Assembly: GCA_000503875.1 (NCBI GenBank)
Contig: CP006913.1
Coordinates: 840,001-872,000 of the forward strand
Length of the DNA: 32,000 nucleotides
Direction of reading: 5' to 3'
DNA from: Candidatus Saccharimonadota bacterium
GTDB taxonomy: Bacteria; Patescibacteriota; Gracilibacteria; Absconditabacterales; Absconditicoccaceae
Position numbers and translations under genes: made by a program. Position 1 is the stretch's first letter; every line of letters starts with the position of its first letter. The notes beneath the pieces are model-generated. The model did no database searches and was not told the DNA's origin. It saw nothing but the letters and a program-made list of their open reading frames with translations. Positions 1 to 12,050 of this stretch are shown piece after piece.

Positions 1-285
1 TTCATATCACTCCAAGTACGTATTGATGAAAAACATATAGCAATCAAATTTGGATACGGGATTTTCAAGAAAAAGTTTTCGCTCGATGATATCCTATCTG
101 CTAAAACCGTAAAAAATCATCGATATTATGGATGGGGAATCAGAGTATGGTTTTGGCCCAAGATGTGGATTTTCAATGTTTCTGGTTTTGACGCAGTTGA
201 AATAAAAATGAAAAATGGCAAAACATACAGGATAGGTACGGACGAACCCAAAAAATTAGAACAAGCAATTCTGAAGATGGTGTAA
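1..285 (+). CDS. hypothetical protein, C-terminal part (gene starts upstream of window)
   Basis: Frame 1 is open from base 1 to TAA 283-285 (...YYGWGIRVWFWPKMWIFNVSGFDAVEIKMKNGKTYRIGTDEPKKLEQAILKMV*). It is absent from the ORF track because it has no start inside the window. No family recognised. Confidence 0.45.
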   Translation, partial: FISLQVRIDEKHIAIKFGYGIFKKKFSLDDILSAKTVKNHRYYGWGIRVWFWPKMWIFNVSGFDAVEIKMKNGKTYRIGTDEPKKLEQAILKMV

Positions 286-348
286 TTTTCTTTTGTAAAA
301 AGAAGCAAAATAGATACATTAAGATTGATTTATTCACTAACGAATAGG

Positions 349-888
349 ATGAATAGAATTCAAAAATCAAAAGAATTTGCAGAAGAATGTTTAAAAGACA
401 TAGATTCGGCACATGGGATAAAACATGCTGAGACTACTGCAAACTTTGCTAAAATTGTTTCTGAAAAAGAAAATATCAATACAGAATTATGTATTATTAC
501 AGCACTTCTTCACGACATTGGAAGAAGCAAAACATGGAAACAAGAAACAATTGAAGACAATCATGGAGTTGATGGTGCAAAAAAAGCAAAAGATTTTCTT
601 TTTTCATTAGAATTATCCAATGAAGAGGTTGATATGATTTGCGAAGCAATATCCCAACATTGTTTTCCAAACATTCAAACAAATCAAATTTCAAAAATAT
701 TGCGAGATTCAGATAAATTAAATTCATTTTCAAAAGAAATGAAGTTGGAATATATCAAATATTGGAAGGAAAAAGGATGGGATGATGAAAAAATTACTGA
801 ACAAATCAAAAAAGAAAGAGAATTTTATTTTAAGACATTTTACACGAAAACCGCACAAAAGATAGCAAAAGAGAATTTTACAGTATAA
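349..888 (+). CDS. HD-domain metal-dependent phosphohydrolase
   Basis: Track ORF 325-888; the first ATG is at 349. Motifs HGIKH...ITALLHDIGR (H...HD) are typical of the HD superfamily. No in-frame TGA. Stop is TAA. Confidence 0.7.
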   Translation: MNRIQKSKEFAEECLKDIDSAHGIKHAETTANFAKIVSEKENINTELCIITALLHDIGRSKTWKQETIEDNHGVDGAKKAKDFLFSLELSNEEVDMICEAISQHCFPNIQTNQISKILRDSDKLNSFSKEMKLEYIKYWKEKGWDDEKITEQIKKEREFYFKTFYTKTAQKIAKENFTV

Positions 889-990
889 AAAATAGAAATG
901 GCCACGTAAATAAGAAATCTATTTTTTTCAAAACACCTTGTTTTCCAGCCACAAAACACTATCAAGAACATAACACTTAAAACATAACAT

Positions 991-1989
991 ATGACTATGT
1001 CCCTCTATCAATCTCACATTCGAAAGACCATTCAAAAAGATATTTACCAAAAGCCTAGCTTTACCCTCCATCTCTTCGGTAAAGACTATTTTTGAACAAT
1101 CAAAACCAAAAAAATCGGACCTATTACCCTCAAACGATATCAGATTCTATGAATTGAATTGCCAAAAGATCATAAAGAAATCAGCAAAGCTATCCAAAAA
1201 ATAAAGTCTGAATTTTGACATCATTGGACAGATATTTTTTTTCAACGAGGTGTGACTACTTCTATCCAAACTTTTGATGTCAAAGACATCGACAACGAAT
1301 TGGCGAGTTCGCTCAGAGATACGAGATTAAGTCTTCGTACTCACTTCAAAGAAGACTATCATCTTATCCATTCATTTAGAGAAAATCTGCCAGAAAGTAA
1401 TATTATTATTGATATTACAAAAACCAATGAAGAATTACTCCGTGAAATGAACAAATCATCCAGAGTTCGTGTCAGAAAATGAATAGAAAATGGGATAACT
1501 TTTAGAACACTCCAAGAACACGAATATCAAAAGTTTTATAACAAACGACAAACAACAGCAGACAAAAAATGATTTAACACCATATCAGAAAACCAATATA
1601 CCAAACTAATAAAAGAGCTGATACAGACCAAAACAGGAAATGTAGTAATTACCGAAAAAGATGGTGAAATCTTGGCAGGAAGTATAGTTATTTATGACGA
1701 CAAAAATATGGTGTGACTCTATGGATTTGCTGACAGAACACATAATACAATAGGGGGACAACAATATTTGAAATTTAAAACCTTTGAACGAGCGAGAGAA
1801 CAAGGCTTTACAACCTTTGACCTCATGGGCGGCGCTCCTACAGGATTTCCTGAACATGAATTAACAAGCGTCAGTGCTTTCAAAGAATCTATAGGGGGTA
1901 AAAAAATAGAATATACAGGAAATTTCGATATCATCCTCAATCCTCGACTCTACAAAATTTTCAAACGACTATTCACTTTAAAAAAATAA
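991..1989 (+). CDS. FemAB-family peptidoglycan bridge-formation (aminoacyltransferase) protein
   Basis: One frame is open from ATG 991 to TAA 1987-1989 if the 6 in-frame TGAs (1093, 1150, 1216, 1480, 1570, 1714) are read as sense. It joins track ORFs 1252-1482 and 1768-1989. The C-terminal segment ...LYGFADRTHNTIGGQQYLKFKTFERAREQGFTTFDLMGG... resembles the FemAB/GNAT-like fold. Confidence 0.6.
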
Positions 1990-2005
1990 TAATAAAAATA
2001 GCCCT

Positions 2006-4513
2006 ATGCATAAAATAGTATCCAAAAAAATCAAACATCTGATTAATAATAGCTTTTTTAGTGGAAGAAGTATTGCTCTTCTGTTGATTTTTTTATTGGG
2101 AATAAAACAACGAGCTATTTACAGTATTTATGGTGGACAAATAACTGGCGGTATTCTCAATACAGCATTACTTTCATTGGGCTTTTTGGGAAATGATCTA
2201 ATGATTTTGGGAATCGTATTATTGCTCGTATTTGTCAATCTTAACTTCAAACACAAAACCATAAAACGAATAATAAACAGCATAAACATTATATTAATTC
2301 TGATTTTTTTTATTGATATTGTTACTATCCTTTTTTTTCAAAGTAGATTATCGATATTTGATATGTATAGCTTTTTCAGCGTGTCATCAAGTAAATATTT
2401 TTTTTCCTATAGTATGTTTGCGCTCCTTTTTTTCTGAGGACTTTTTATTCTAGCATTTGTACTTTCACAAAAATTTCTCAAAAAACGAAAAGAAAGTTCT
2501 CATCAACGAATTATTGCGCTTATTTTCTTTGGAATTACGGTCGCAATAACAGGTATTAATGTAATCACAAGAAACAATACAACAATAGCAAACAATATTC
2601 TTTCGCTCAATATTCAGACTTTTGAAGAATGGATAAATAACAAAAAAGCGTTTAATATAAGCTCCTCCAAAAAATATGAAGAATATTTTACAACTATAAA
2701 AGGTAAAAACAGAAAACCAAATATTATCCTACTTTTTGCAGAATCACTCTCGACTATTGATTCAAAAAGATCAGGTTGATTATATGACAACCTACCGTTA
2801 TTTGATAAAATTCAATCTGAAGGAATTACTTTCACCAATTTTATAGCCAATGGATGTACATCAGAAACAGCTCATATTGCAACATTACAGTGAATTGAAC
2901 CTCGAGAATATCCTCGTATAGATAGCAATCAAGATTACGATGCATATGCAAATTATTTACAATCACTCCCAGAATTTATGCAGGATCAAGGATATAAAAC
3001 TACGTTTATAAGTACTGTAACCTTAGATTTTCTCAATCAAAAAGCGTTTCTTTCTGGGCTACGTTATCAAAACATTATTTGAGAAGAAGCATTCAAAAAA
3101 GAAAAAAAATATGTTTTTAATGCTGCGCCAGATCAAGCGTTGTATAACAAAGCACTAGACGTTATTTCTTGAGCGACAACTCCTGTTTTTCTCACACTTC
3201 AAAGCGTTTCTTCTCATAGACCATATGATACACCATATGGACAAGACACTGAACAAATGTTTTCTTATGTAGATAAAAGTCTTTATACATTTTATCAAAA
3301 ACTAAAAAATAGCTGATTTTTCGACAATGGTATTCTCGTTATTGTTGGCGATCATAGAAAAATGGAAGCAATCAATAAAGCTGAATTTGAAAGGTTTGGA
3401 TTAAGTTCAAAGTCAAGGGTAATTGCAACAGTCGTAGGAAATGGAATCAAAAAAGATACTTTCAATGACAATATTATCCAACACACAGACATTCACAACT
3501 CTCTCAAATATTTGGTAGCAAAAGAAAATGTTCAAATATCAAAACTCTTCAACAATGCTTTTTCTTTGCAGGCAAATAGAGATTGGGGAATTCGTTATTG
3601 TCGTTTTGCAGAAAAAATTTATGTAAAAATCAATAAAGATGGAAGTGCTTCAAATGTTACAGAGAAAAAAGAAGATAATGTAATCAGACAATATATAGAG
3701 GCATACAAAGGATTTCAAGCAGAAAAATTATTATGAATCAAATGAATAGCAAACTATGATACCCCAAAAATTTCTGAAAACAATGCTACGTGATTTGTAC
3801 TAATAGCTCATGGTTGATGAACATACAAAAAACGATTACCAAACACCATTAATACAGCAAAAAGAGCAAATAAAGATGGTGCAAACGCATTAGAGTTAGA
3901 TGTAAGTTTCACCAAAGACAATCAAAATATCGTCATACATGGACCATCATTACAAACAACAGCATGCGGACCAAACAAAACAACAACATGATTTACCTTA
4001 AAAGAAATCAAGGATGATTGTCCTCTAAGGAACGGAGAAAAAATACTCACATTAGAAGAATTTCTTACCAAAACCAAAGATCTTTTTGATCTCTATTTTT
4101 TGGAAATAAAAGTATATGATAATACAAAAGCTGAAGCACAAACATTGGATGCAATCAATACCATTACCAAATTAGGATTAGAAGACAAAGTGATTTTTAT
4201 TTCCTACGATAGAATAGCTAATTACATCATTTGATCTCACAAAAAGATTAGAGCTGGATGGGATAGTTTTGCAGAAGAATCAGATTTGATTTATCAATTC
4301 CCTCATGAATTCTACTTAGTTCCAGAAAGTATGCTAAATAGAAATACTATAGAGGTAGCTCAAGCTATGAAAAAAACATTTGTTGTCTATACACTAAATA
4401 CCCAAGAAAGCATAAAAAAAGCTCTTTCCTTAGGCGCTAAATATATAATGACGGATAATATTCCACTAGTCAAAGCAGTTATCAAAACACAATCAAAACA
4501 AGATTGATTTTAG
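2006..4513 (+). CDS. membrane-anchored LtaS-like sulfatase (phosphoglycerol transferase family) fused to a C-terminal glycerophosphodiester phosphodiesterase (GDPD) domain
   Basis: Frame 2 is continuous from ATG 2006 to TAG 4511-4513 across about 14 in-frame TGAs, joining track ORFs 2006-2437, 3362-3736 and 4286-4507. The N-terminal region is hydrophobic (TM). The sulfatase core carries IILLFAESLS...NGCTSETAH...VVGDHRK. The GDPD part carries LIAHGGG...ALELDVSFTKDNQNIVIHG...LEIK. Confidence 0.65.
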
Positions 4514-4568
4514 TTAGGAATTACCTATAAACTAACCGATACCTATTGCTTTATTTTTTTACAGCATC

Positions 4569-5033
4569 ATGGGTAAATCAATTCTTGATCATTTCCTTTT
4601 TGAGGAAAAATTAGCAGATAATTCTGTTGATTTTAATGATGTATCTGGTCAAAAAAGAATAGCAGAATGATGTATTGTAGAATTAAAACAAGAAATTGAT
4701 GCCAACAAAACACCCGCTGAAAGATGAATAAGTAAATGAATAGCTACGCTTACTCAATTAGATCAAAAACGCAGAGACATAGAAGAAGCAATCAGAGTTC
4801 GGCTCGATCCTATGAATCACGAAATGACATACAAAGAAGATGACGATGAGTTTTTGGAAGAAATTAATAGTATGAAAAGAGATCAGAAAGAAATCATAAA
4901 CATGATAAAAGAAATACATGAAGATATACAAGAAATAAAGCATACAAAGATACCACAAAAAGAAATAATAAATTTAGAAACAAAACGAAAAGAGTACCTT
5001 AGTATAGCAAAAAAATATCCTCCACAATTCTAA
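4569..5033 (+). CDS. hypothetical protein (charged, probably coiled-coil)
   Basis: ATG 4569 to TAA 5031-5033 is in one frame with 3 in-frame TGAs. It extends track ORF 4812-5033 upstream. No family recognised. Confidence 0.5.
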
Positions 5034-5035
5034 AC

Positions 5036-6115
5036 ATGTACGACATTATTATTATTTGAGGATGAGCCGCTGGTCTTTTTTGTGCAGGATATCTGCCAAG
5101 AAACACTAAAAAACTCATCTTAGAAAAAACAGATAAACTTTGAACAAAGGTTCTTCTTTCCGGTTGAGGAAGATGTAATTTTTCCAATGCAAATATATAT
5201 CCAATAAACGATTATTTTGGACAAAACAAAAAAGCTTTACCTAGTCTTTTCCACAAGTTTGGAGCAAATGAAATGAAAGAGTTTTTAGAAAACAATGGAA
5301 TAGCTATTCAAGAAGAAGATAATGGAAGATTAATTCTCAAAAGCGGAAAAGCTGAAGATCTAAACAAGTTGCTTATCAACAAAGCAACAGAAAATAATAC
5401 AGAAATAAAGCTCAATCAAGAGATCATCAATGTTTCAAAAAAGGAAGATATATTTATCATAAAAACAAATGAAGAAATAATTGAAACAAAAAATCTTGTT
5501 ATTGCAACAGGATGAAAATCTTTTCCTCAAATAGGAGCTACTGATTTTGCTCTTCAAATTGCACAACAATTTGGATTAGAAACAACAGATGTTATGCCAG
5601 GATTATGTGGAGTAGAAACCAATGAAGATTTTTCAAGTCTCACATGAAATAGCCTAAAAGCTTCCATAACACTTAATCACAATAACAAACTTATTTTCCA
5701 ACAAAACGGAGATATGTTATTTACCCATAGATGACTATCTTGACCTGCAATTTTCAATTTAGCCAATGCTTTAGGCGAATATAAAATACAAAAAAAAATC
5801 TGAATTAATAATTTTGATAATTTTTCCATAACAATAATATTCAACCCAACTACGGCAATCAAAAAAATCACGAACCATTTCCATGGACAACAAATAGCCA
5901 ATTTTACGATTAAATCACTAAGACCTCGAGAAGAAGCAAAAATAATGGTCGGCGGAGTCCATATGAAAGAAATAAACCCAACAATGGAAAGTAAAAAGAC
6001 CGCCTGACTCTATTTCATAGGTGAGGCGCTGGATATCACATGAAAGACATGAGGCTACAACCTCCAACGATGCCGGACCAGCGCCTATGCCTGCGCCCAA
6101 AGCTTCAAAAACTAA
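5036..6115 (+). CDS. HI0933/YhiN-family FAD-dependent flavoprotein (BaiN-like)
   Basis: ATG 5036 to TAA 6113-6115. The Rossmann motif DIIIIGGGAAG has TGA at 5057 and 5063. Family signatures SGGGRCN (TGA 5165), FTHRGLSGPA and GEALDITGKTGGYNLQ have their glycines encoded by TGA. Includes track ORF 5273-5515. Confidence 0.85.
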
Positions 6116-6139
6116 ATATATTGCTTTTTGAGAGAAAAT

Positions 6140-6604
6140 ATGTATAGATACAAAAACTTAAAACAAAACTCTATGTACAAAGAAAGAACGGATCTTACGT
6201 ATTCGTATATAAAAGCCGAAAACGGCATGGAAAATGCAGAAGAAATTCTTCGTAGACTTCAAGAAGCTGGTTTCAAAATAATAGGACAAAAATTGTTCCG
6301 TTATACAGAAACTACAGCCAAAGATTTATACGGAGAACATGAAGGTAAGCATTTCTATGAAAGATTAATGACTTTTACCTGTTCAGCCGATGTAATAGCA
6401 TTGGTTTTACAAAAAGATAATGCTGTAGAAGCCTGGCGAGACTTTATTGGCGATACTAAAAAGCCAGCTGAAGGGACAATTCGTTATCTATTCCAAATCC
6501 CTAATGATGGAGAAAAAAATGTTGTCCACGGGACAGATAAACCTGAAAGAGTAAGGGAAGAGGCGTTAACACCTTTCCCAGAACTTGCTTATCTCTGGGA
6601 ATAA
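6140..6604 (+). CDS. ndk: nucleoside diphosphate kinase-like protein
   Basis: Track ORF 6128-6604. ATGs lie at 6140 and 6173, and the start choice is uncertain. The N-terminal ...ERT...IK... segment and the active-site-like NVVHGTD match the NDK pattern NxxHGSD. Confidence 0.65.
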   Translation: MYRYKNLKQNSMYKERTDLTYSYIKAENGMENAEEILRRLQEAGFKIIGQKLFRYTETTAKDLYGEHEGKHFYERLMTFTCSADVIALVLQKDNAVEAWRDFIGDTKKPAEGTIRYLFQIPNDGEKNVVHGTDKPERVREEALTPFPELAYLWE

Positions 6605-6624
6605 GAAAATAATACAACAAAAAA

Positions 6625-6652
6625 GGTGCTGCGATTCCGCGACACCTTTTTT
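6625..6652. terminator. intrinsic terminator between convergent ndk and trpS operons
   Basis: GGTGCTGCG-ATTC-CGCGACACC imperfect hairpin (6625-6646), flanked by an A-run upstream and a T-run (6647-6652) downstream. It could work in both directions. Confidence 0.6.
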
Positions 6653-6665
6653 CAAATATATTTTT

Positions 6666-6857
6666 TTATATTTCTTCATCAACAATTTCTCCTTTCACTG
6701 CATGCTTCACTGCTTCATCAAATGCATCCATAAGATCTGGATCATCTTCCAATCATTCTTCTTTTAATATATTTTTAATCTGGGCTATTTTAAAATCAGT
6801 TTCATTCCATTCCTGAGCATCCATAACCGTAAGGTTTATATCTTGTTCTTGCGTCAT
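6666..6857 (-). CDS. small acidic hypothetical protein (63 aa)
   Basis: ATG 6857-6855 to TAA 6668-6666 with one in-frame TGA (6755-6753): MTQEQDINLTVMDAQEWNETDFKIAQIKNILKEEGLEDDPDLMDAFDEAVKHAVKGEIVDEEI*. Missing from the ORF track because the TGA splits it below the length cutoff. Lies 8 nt downstream of trpS on the same strand. Confidence 0.5.
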
Positions 6858-6865
6858 TTTTTATA

Positions 6866-7849
6866 TTACAAAGTAAATCAAACCTTTTTATAAACTTCTG
6901 CCAATTTTTTATTTGCTAATTCATTCACATACACTGCGTTTTTCTTCATCAAGTCTATAATTTCTTGATCACTAATTTGTGCATAACGATCTTGAATAGG
7001 TTTCAAAAATGCCATAATTTTTTCATATAAATAATCTTTTGCTTCTTTATAACTCAATCCTCCAGCTTGATATTTAGCTCTCAAGGCAGCATCTTCTTCA
7101 GGGGTTAAAAATAATTTACAGATTTTGTAGACATTACATTGATCAGGATCTTTAGGTTCTTCTACTGTTTTCGCATCCGTAGCAATCTGTTTTACTCTCT
7201 TAAGAACTTGTTTTTCATCATCCAAAAGTCAGATATAATTGTTGTATGATTTGGACATTTTGCGTCCATCTACTCCCAAAATTGTTCCAACTTCAGGTTT
7301 GATATATGGTTCAGGAAGTTTAAATGTTTCACCAAAAACATTATTAAATCTTTGAGCTATATCTCTCGCATACTCTACATGTTGTTTTTGATCTTGTCCA
7401 ACAGGCACCATATCTGCATCATAGAGCAAAATATCAGCAGCCATCAAAATAGGATAGGTAAAAACTCCTACACTAATTTCTTTTGATTTTCCCTTGTCTA
7501 AAGCTTCTTTATATGAATGCATACGTTCCATAAATCCCATATGGGTGATACATCCTAGCACCCAACTCAATTGAGCATGAGCGGGAACATCAGCAGGATT
7601 ATAGATAACAAACTTTTTGAGATCTACACCACAGGCCATATATATTTTCAATACATTCAGACTATTATCATGGATAGCTTTGCCATCATGCAAACCTGTC
7701 AATCCATGCATTATTGCCAAAAACAAAAATATTTCAGCATCAGGATATTGCGCAGAAAGTTCCATCATAGGCTTCACTGCTCCAAAATAATTTCCCAAAT
7801 GGATTTGATTATCAGTAGGTTTAATTCACGTAAGAATCCTTTTTGTCAT
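6866..7849 (-). CDS. trpS: tryptophanyl-tRNA synthetase
   Basis: ATG 7849 to TAA 6868-6866. Joins track ORFs 7229-7798 and 6878-7225 across TGAs at 7828-7826, 7231-7229 and 6880-6878. Class I motifs ...TGIKPTDNQIHLGNY... and GRKMSKS are present, and the C-terminal region is typical of TrpRS. Confidence 0.9.
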
Positions 7850-8116
7850 AAATAGAAATATACAAATTAAAGATATCTCCTATATGTATAGTTTCTTTAA
7901 AAAATTTCAAAGGAAAATTAAGAAACAAAAAACAGTAACAAAAAGACCAATACATCGTAATATAAATGATAATAAAAGTATCCTTACAGTTTAGTCAAAG
8001 ATTTGTTTGACAAACACATTCAAATCACTACATTCAAAACAAGAGCTTACTCTTGAAAAGATAAACATAAACACTATTCTAAAAATAATAATATTTTATT
8101 TTTGTTTCAAAAACAA

Positions 8117-9925
8117 ATGACAAAAAAATTTCTTTTTGCTACTGCAATAACGCTAGTAACATTATGAATAATGTACAATAGTGTAAATGCTGAAGCGCAA
8201 ATTATCATAGATCCTATTACCAAAACCATCACTATTACAGGGATCAATCTTTCTACAGGAACTCAAACAACTGGAACTCAAACAACAGGCACTACTCAAA
8301 CCTGAATCACTCAAACAGGAACAACTATAAAAACAGGAACTGTTACTACAACAACTGTTCAAACAACATGAACAGAATTTGAACGTGCTCTTTCATGGAT
8401 GTATGCAAATTGACTAACCAAATACAATAAACCAACAGACTATAGAATGTATGATGAATTAACTAGGGAAGAAGCCGCAAAAATGATAGCTCAAGCATAT
8501 ATCGTTCTTTGATATGGACAAGAACAAAAAAACTCTGCTTGTGCATTTAGCGATGCAGGAGAATTCAATCCAGAACTTACATGATTTATCAAACAAGTAT
8601 GTGGACGATGAGTAATAAAAGGTGCAAACGGGAAATATATGCCAACCAAAAAGCTTACTAGACCTGAAGCTATGGCTATTTTGGTCAGAATGTTTGAAGG
8701 ACAAACATCTTTTGAAGCCAAAGATCCTCGATGGTCAGAATATTACATCAAAGGAAAAGCTCTCGGTCTGACAACACTCAATACAAGTACATTTGAAAAA
8801 GAAATTTCAAGATATGAAATAGCGTTATATATTTACAGACTACAAACTATCGCAAACGACGTAAATCTCAAGTTACAATCACAACTCAAACTTCAAAATC
8901 TTACAGGCGTAGTTCAAACAACGGGAACAATAACAAATACAGTACCTGAAGAATCATCAGAGCTCGCTCAAAAATTTGCAGCAATAGCAAATTCTATTAG
9001 TGTAGAAAAAGATCCAGAACTGCAAGAAGCTATTAGATGGATGCACGACAATGGACTGACAAGCTTTTTAACCATAGGTGAATATAAACCTTTTGAAGTT
9101 CTTACGAGAGAACAATCAGCCAAAATATTTGATGTTTTTGCAAAAATATTTGATTTTTCTCAAGACAAACTCACAAGTACATTACCTACAGAATGCCAGT
9201 TCAAAGACCTTGCAAAAGCAGATCAAACATTAACTACTCATATCCAAAATGTATGTAAAATGGAAATTCTCAAAGGAGGAAACCAACTTTTTGATCCCAA
9301 AAATACATTAACAAAATGACAGTTTATCACTGCGCTTATTAGGTTAGTAGAAGGGAAAAAACTTGATGAAAGCAAAAATCCTCGATGGACAGCTTACTAC
9401 CAAAATGCATTGGATATGGGAATTGTAGGACCAGCTGATGCTATCACATTCGATAGTCCAATTACTAGATACGAAGTAGCATTATTTCTTTATAGATTTA
9501 GAGTAAAATTTCAGTTAATCAATAATCTTAACAACAACTCATTAGAAAATATGATTTTAAACACAATTCCTTGAAGCATCAAAACGGGAGATACTATTTT
9601 ATCTGGAGAAATCCCAGAAGCCAAAGAAGCAGATATTTTTATAGATACCAATTTGATTCAAAATGCTAATTTCGAATTGGGATATATAGAAATATTTTCT
9701 ACAAAATATAAAGTAATTAAAACATCAACAGAAACTTATTTTAGCAAAAATTTTGTACGATACGGAGATATTTATGATATCAGTACAGACAAAAAAATTG
9801 GAACAATCAATTTTATCGTAAGCAATAGAGCGGTTCTCGAAGGAACAGCAAGAATAAATACAAATACATATACTATATCACAGGTAGCAAATACTACTGC
9901 ATATTATCACATCAAGAAAAATTAA
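8117..9925 (+). CDS. secreted repeat protein with SLH-like (S-layer homology-type) modules
   Basis: ATG 8117 to TAA 9923-9925 in one frame across about 10 TGAs, joining track ORFs 8639-9319 and 9653-9925. N-terminal signal-like MTKKFLFATAITLVTLGIMYNSVNA, then a Thr/Gly-rich linker (TGTQTTGTQTTGTTQTG...). Recurring modules such as FSDAGEFNPELTGFIKQVCGRGVIKG...TRPEAMAILVRMF and FKDL...ILKGG...LTKGQFITALIRLV resemble SLH repeats. Confidence 0.5.
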
Positions 9926-9947
9926 TTATTTAAAACTAAACCAAGTT

Positions 9948-10886
9948 ATGGAAATCAAGAAGATCAACACGGAAAAATTGCTCAATATAAATGGTACTCA
10001 TAGACCACTGTCTTTTGTTGATTTTATTGGACAAGAACATATCAAAAACGTTCTCAAAACAGCAATAGAAAGCGGACAAAAAAGAAAATCTCATGTTGGA
10101 CATATTCTCTTCTCTGGACCAAGTGGATTCGGGAAAACAACTATGGCAAATATTATTGCCAAACAATCCAACGTTGGAATCAAAGCCGTTACGGGATATG
10201 CCATTACCAAACCAGCAGAAATTATCAGCATTCTCAATTCATTGGAACAAGGAGACATCCTTTTTATCGATGAAATTCACAGACTCAAACCAAATATAGA
10301 AGAAGTCTTATATATCGCGATGGAAGATTTCGTCATCGATATGGTGATGCCCGAATGAGGAAATGTCAGAATTCCTATCAATCCTTTCACACTCATAGGG
10401 GCAACCACAAAATCTGAATCACTTTCACAACCGATCAAAAATAGATTTGTGTATAATTTTCATTTTATGGAATACGATTCCAAAGAAAAACAAATCATTA
10501 TCGAAAAATATCTCAGACAATATGCGGTGGATTTCGACCCTTCCATCCTCTCAGCTATCGCTGCCAAAGTTGACGCGGTTCCCCGTGAAATCCACAACCT
10601 TTGTATCAAAATGAGAGATTTTGCTATTACGCAAACACAACATAAACGCATAGATCAAGCATGTTTCGATGCATTCTTGCTCCATAGCAAAATCGAAGAA
10701 GGTGGAATGACTCCCCTTCATGCAAAATATCTTGAAATCCTTCGTGACGCCGACAGACCACTTGGTATTAGAACCATCGCGGTGCAACTATGAATCAATG
10801 AAAAAGCTGTCGAAGAAGACGTAGAACCACTCCTTCTCAAGCTCAATAAAATAGAAAAAACCGCAGCAGGAAGAATTATCATTTAA
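9948..10886 (+). CDS. ruvB: Holliday junction branch migration ATPase RuvB
   Basis: ATG 9948 to TAA 10884-10886. Joins track ORFs 9948-10358 and 10449-10793 across TGAs at 10356 and 10791. Walker A GPSGFGKTT, FIDEIHRL and FTLIGATT match the RuvB AAA+ core. Confidence 0.9.
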
Positions 10887-10911
10887 TATTTTTTACCTCT
10901 TATTCATCACC

Positions 10912-12000
10912 ATGAAAAAACTTTTTTCTTTGATTCTCGCTCTTTCAATCCTCGCACCACTCAGTAGCTTCGCGTTCAAAGCCGATGCTGGAGAAAATCT
11001 CAATCTTACTACACCAGTAAATGGAGATTACTACATTGCAGGAGGTAATATCAATCTCAATGCAGATACAGATGGAGATGTAGCTAGTGTTGGATGAAAA
11101 ATTTTCATCAATGGAGACATTGAACAAGATTTAATGCTTTTCTGAGGAGAACAATTTATCAATGGAAACATCGGTGAATCTGCAAGACTTTTATGAGGGA
11201 CAATAATGTTTGATGGAACTATAGAAAAAGATTTACTCATAGCTGGTGGAAATATAATCATCAATAGCAACACCACCATCAAAGGAGAAACCAAAATAGC
11301 TGGTGGAAAAATAGATTTTGCAGGAACAGCAAATAATGTAGATTTAAATGCTGGTGAAATACTTCTCAAAGGTACAATCAAATGAGACGCAACTCTAAGA
11401 GCAGAAAAGATAAAGACAGATGATAGCGCGAAAATTTTGGGGAATTTATATTATGAATCTGCAAGACAAAACACAGGACTCGAACAAATTGTTTCAGGAA
11501 AAGTAACATTCAAACAAGTACATTTCAACAATAGAAATGAGTTTTTGGGAATCTTCAGCGGTTTTGTTTGAGCAAGATTTGCGTTCCTTTTTATATTTGG
11601 ACTTATCCTACTTTTTATCGGACAAAAACGAATTAAATCATCTCTAGAAACACTCAACAAAGAACCTCGAGAATCATTGGGAGTTGGTTTCTTAACATAC
11701 GCAGCACTTCCTTTCATAGCAATACTTTTTGCAATAACAATAATCTGATTACCATTTTCATTACTTGCTATAATGCTTTTTGCTACATTGATGATATTTG
11801 CTAAATTACTCAACGTATATTTCTACACTAATTTCTTGATACAAAGACGAGGTGGATATGAAAAACTCAACAATCGAAAACAATTCTGAATTCTTTTGGG
11901 ATGTGCTATCTTATCAGCAATCCTTAGTGGTATCGACATGATCTTCGCTTTCTTCGCATTAGGAGCTATTATCAGAACTCATATTATCAAGAAGAAATAG
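10912..12000 (+). CDS. beta-helix repeat (bactofilin/polymer-forming cytoskeletal-like) protein with signal peptide and C-terminal transmembrane block
   Basis: ATG 10912 to TAG 11998-12000 across about 9 TGAs. Signal-like MKKLFSLILALSILAPLSSFA. Repeated xGGxIxIxGxIxxD units (GGKIFINGDIEQD, GGEQFINGNIGES, GGTIMFDGTIEKD, GGNIIINSNTTIKG, GGKIDFAGTANNV). The last ~150 aa are hydrophobic. Track ORF 11031-11381(-) is its antisense shadow. Confidence 0.5.
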
Positions 12001-12050
12001 GAAAATAAAACAATATAAATATTAACTTTATTTTTTAAATTATATTTTTC

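Noticed and set aside
7850-8116. T-box or other leader upstream of trpS
   Set aside because: I looked on the minus strand for the T-box consensus (AGGGTGGTACCGCG-like) and a specifier/antiterminator arrangement. The region is uniformly AT-rich with no such elements.
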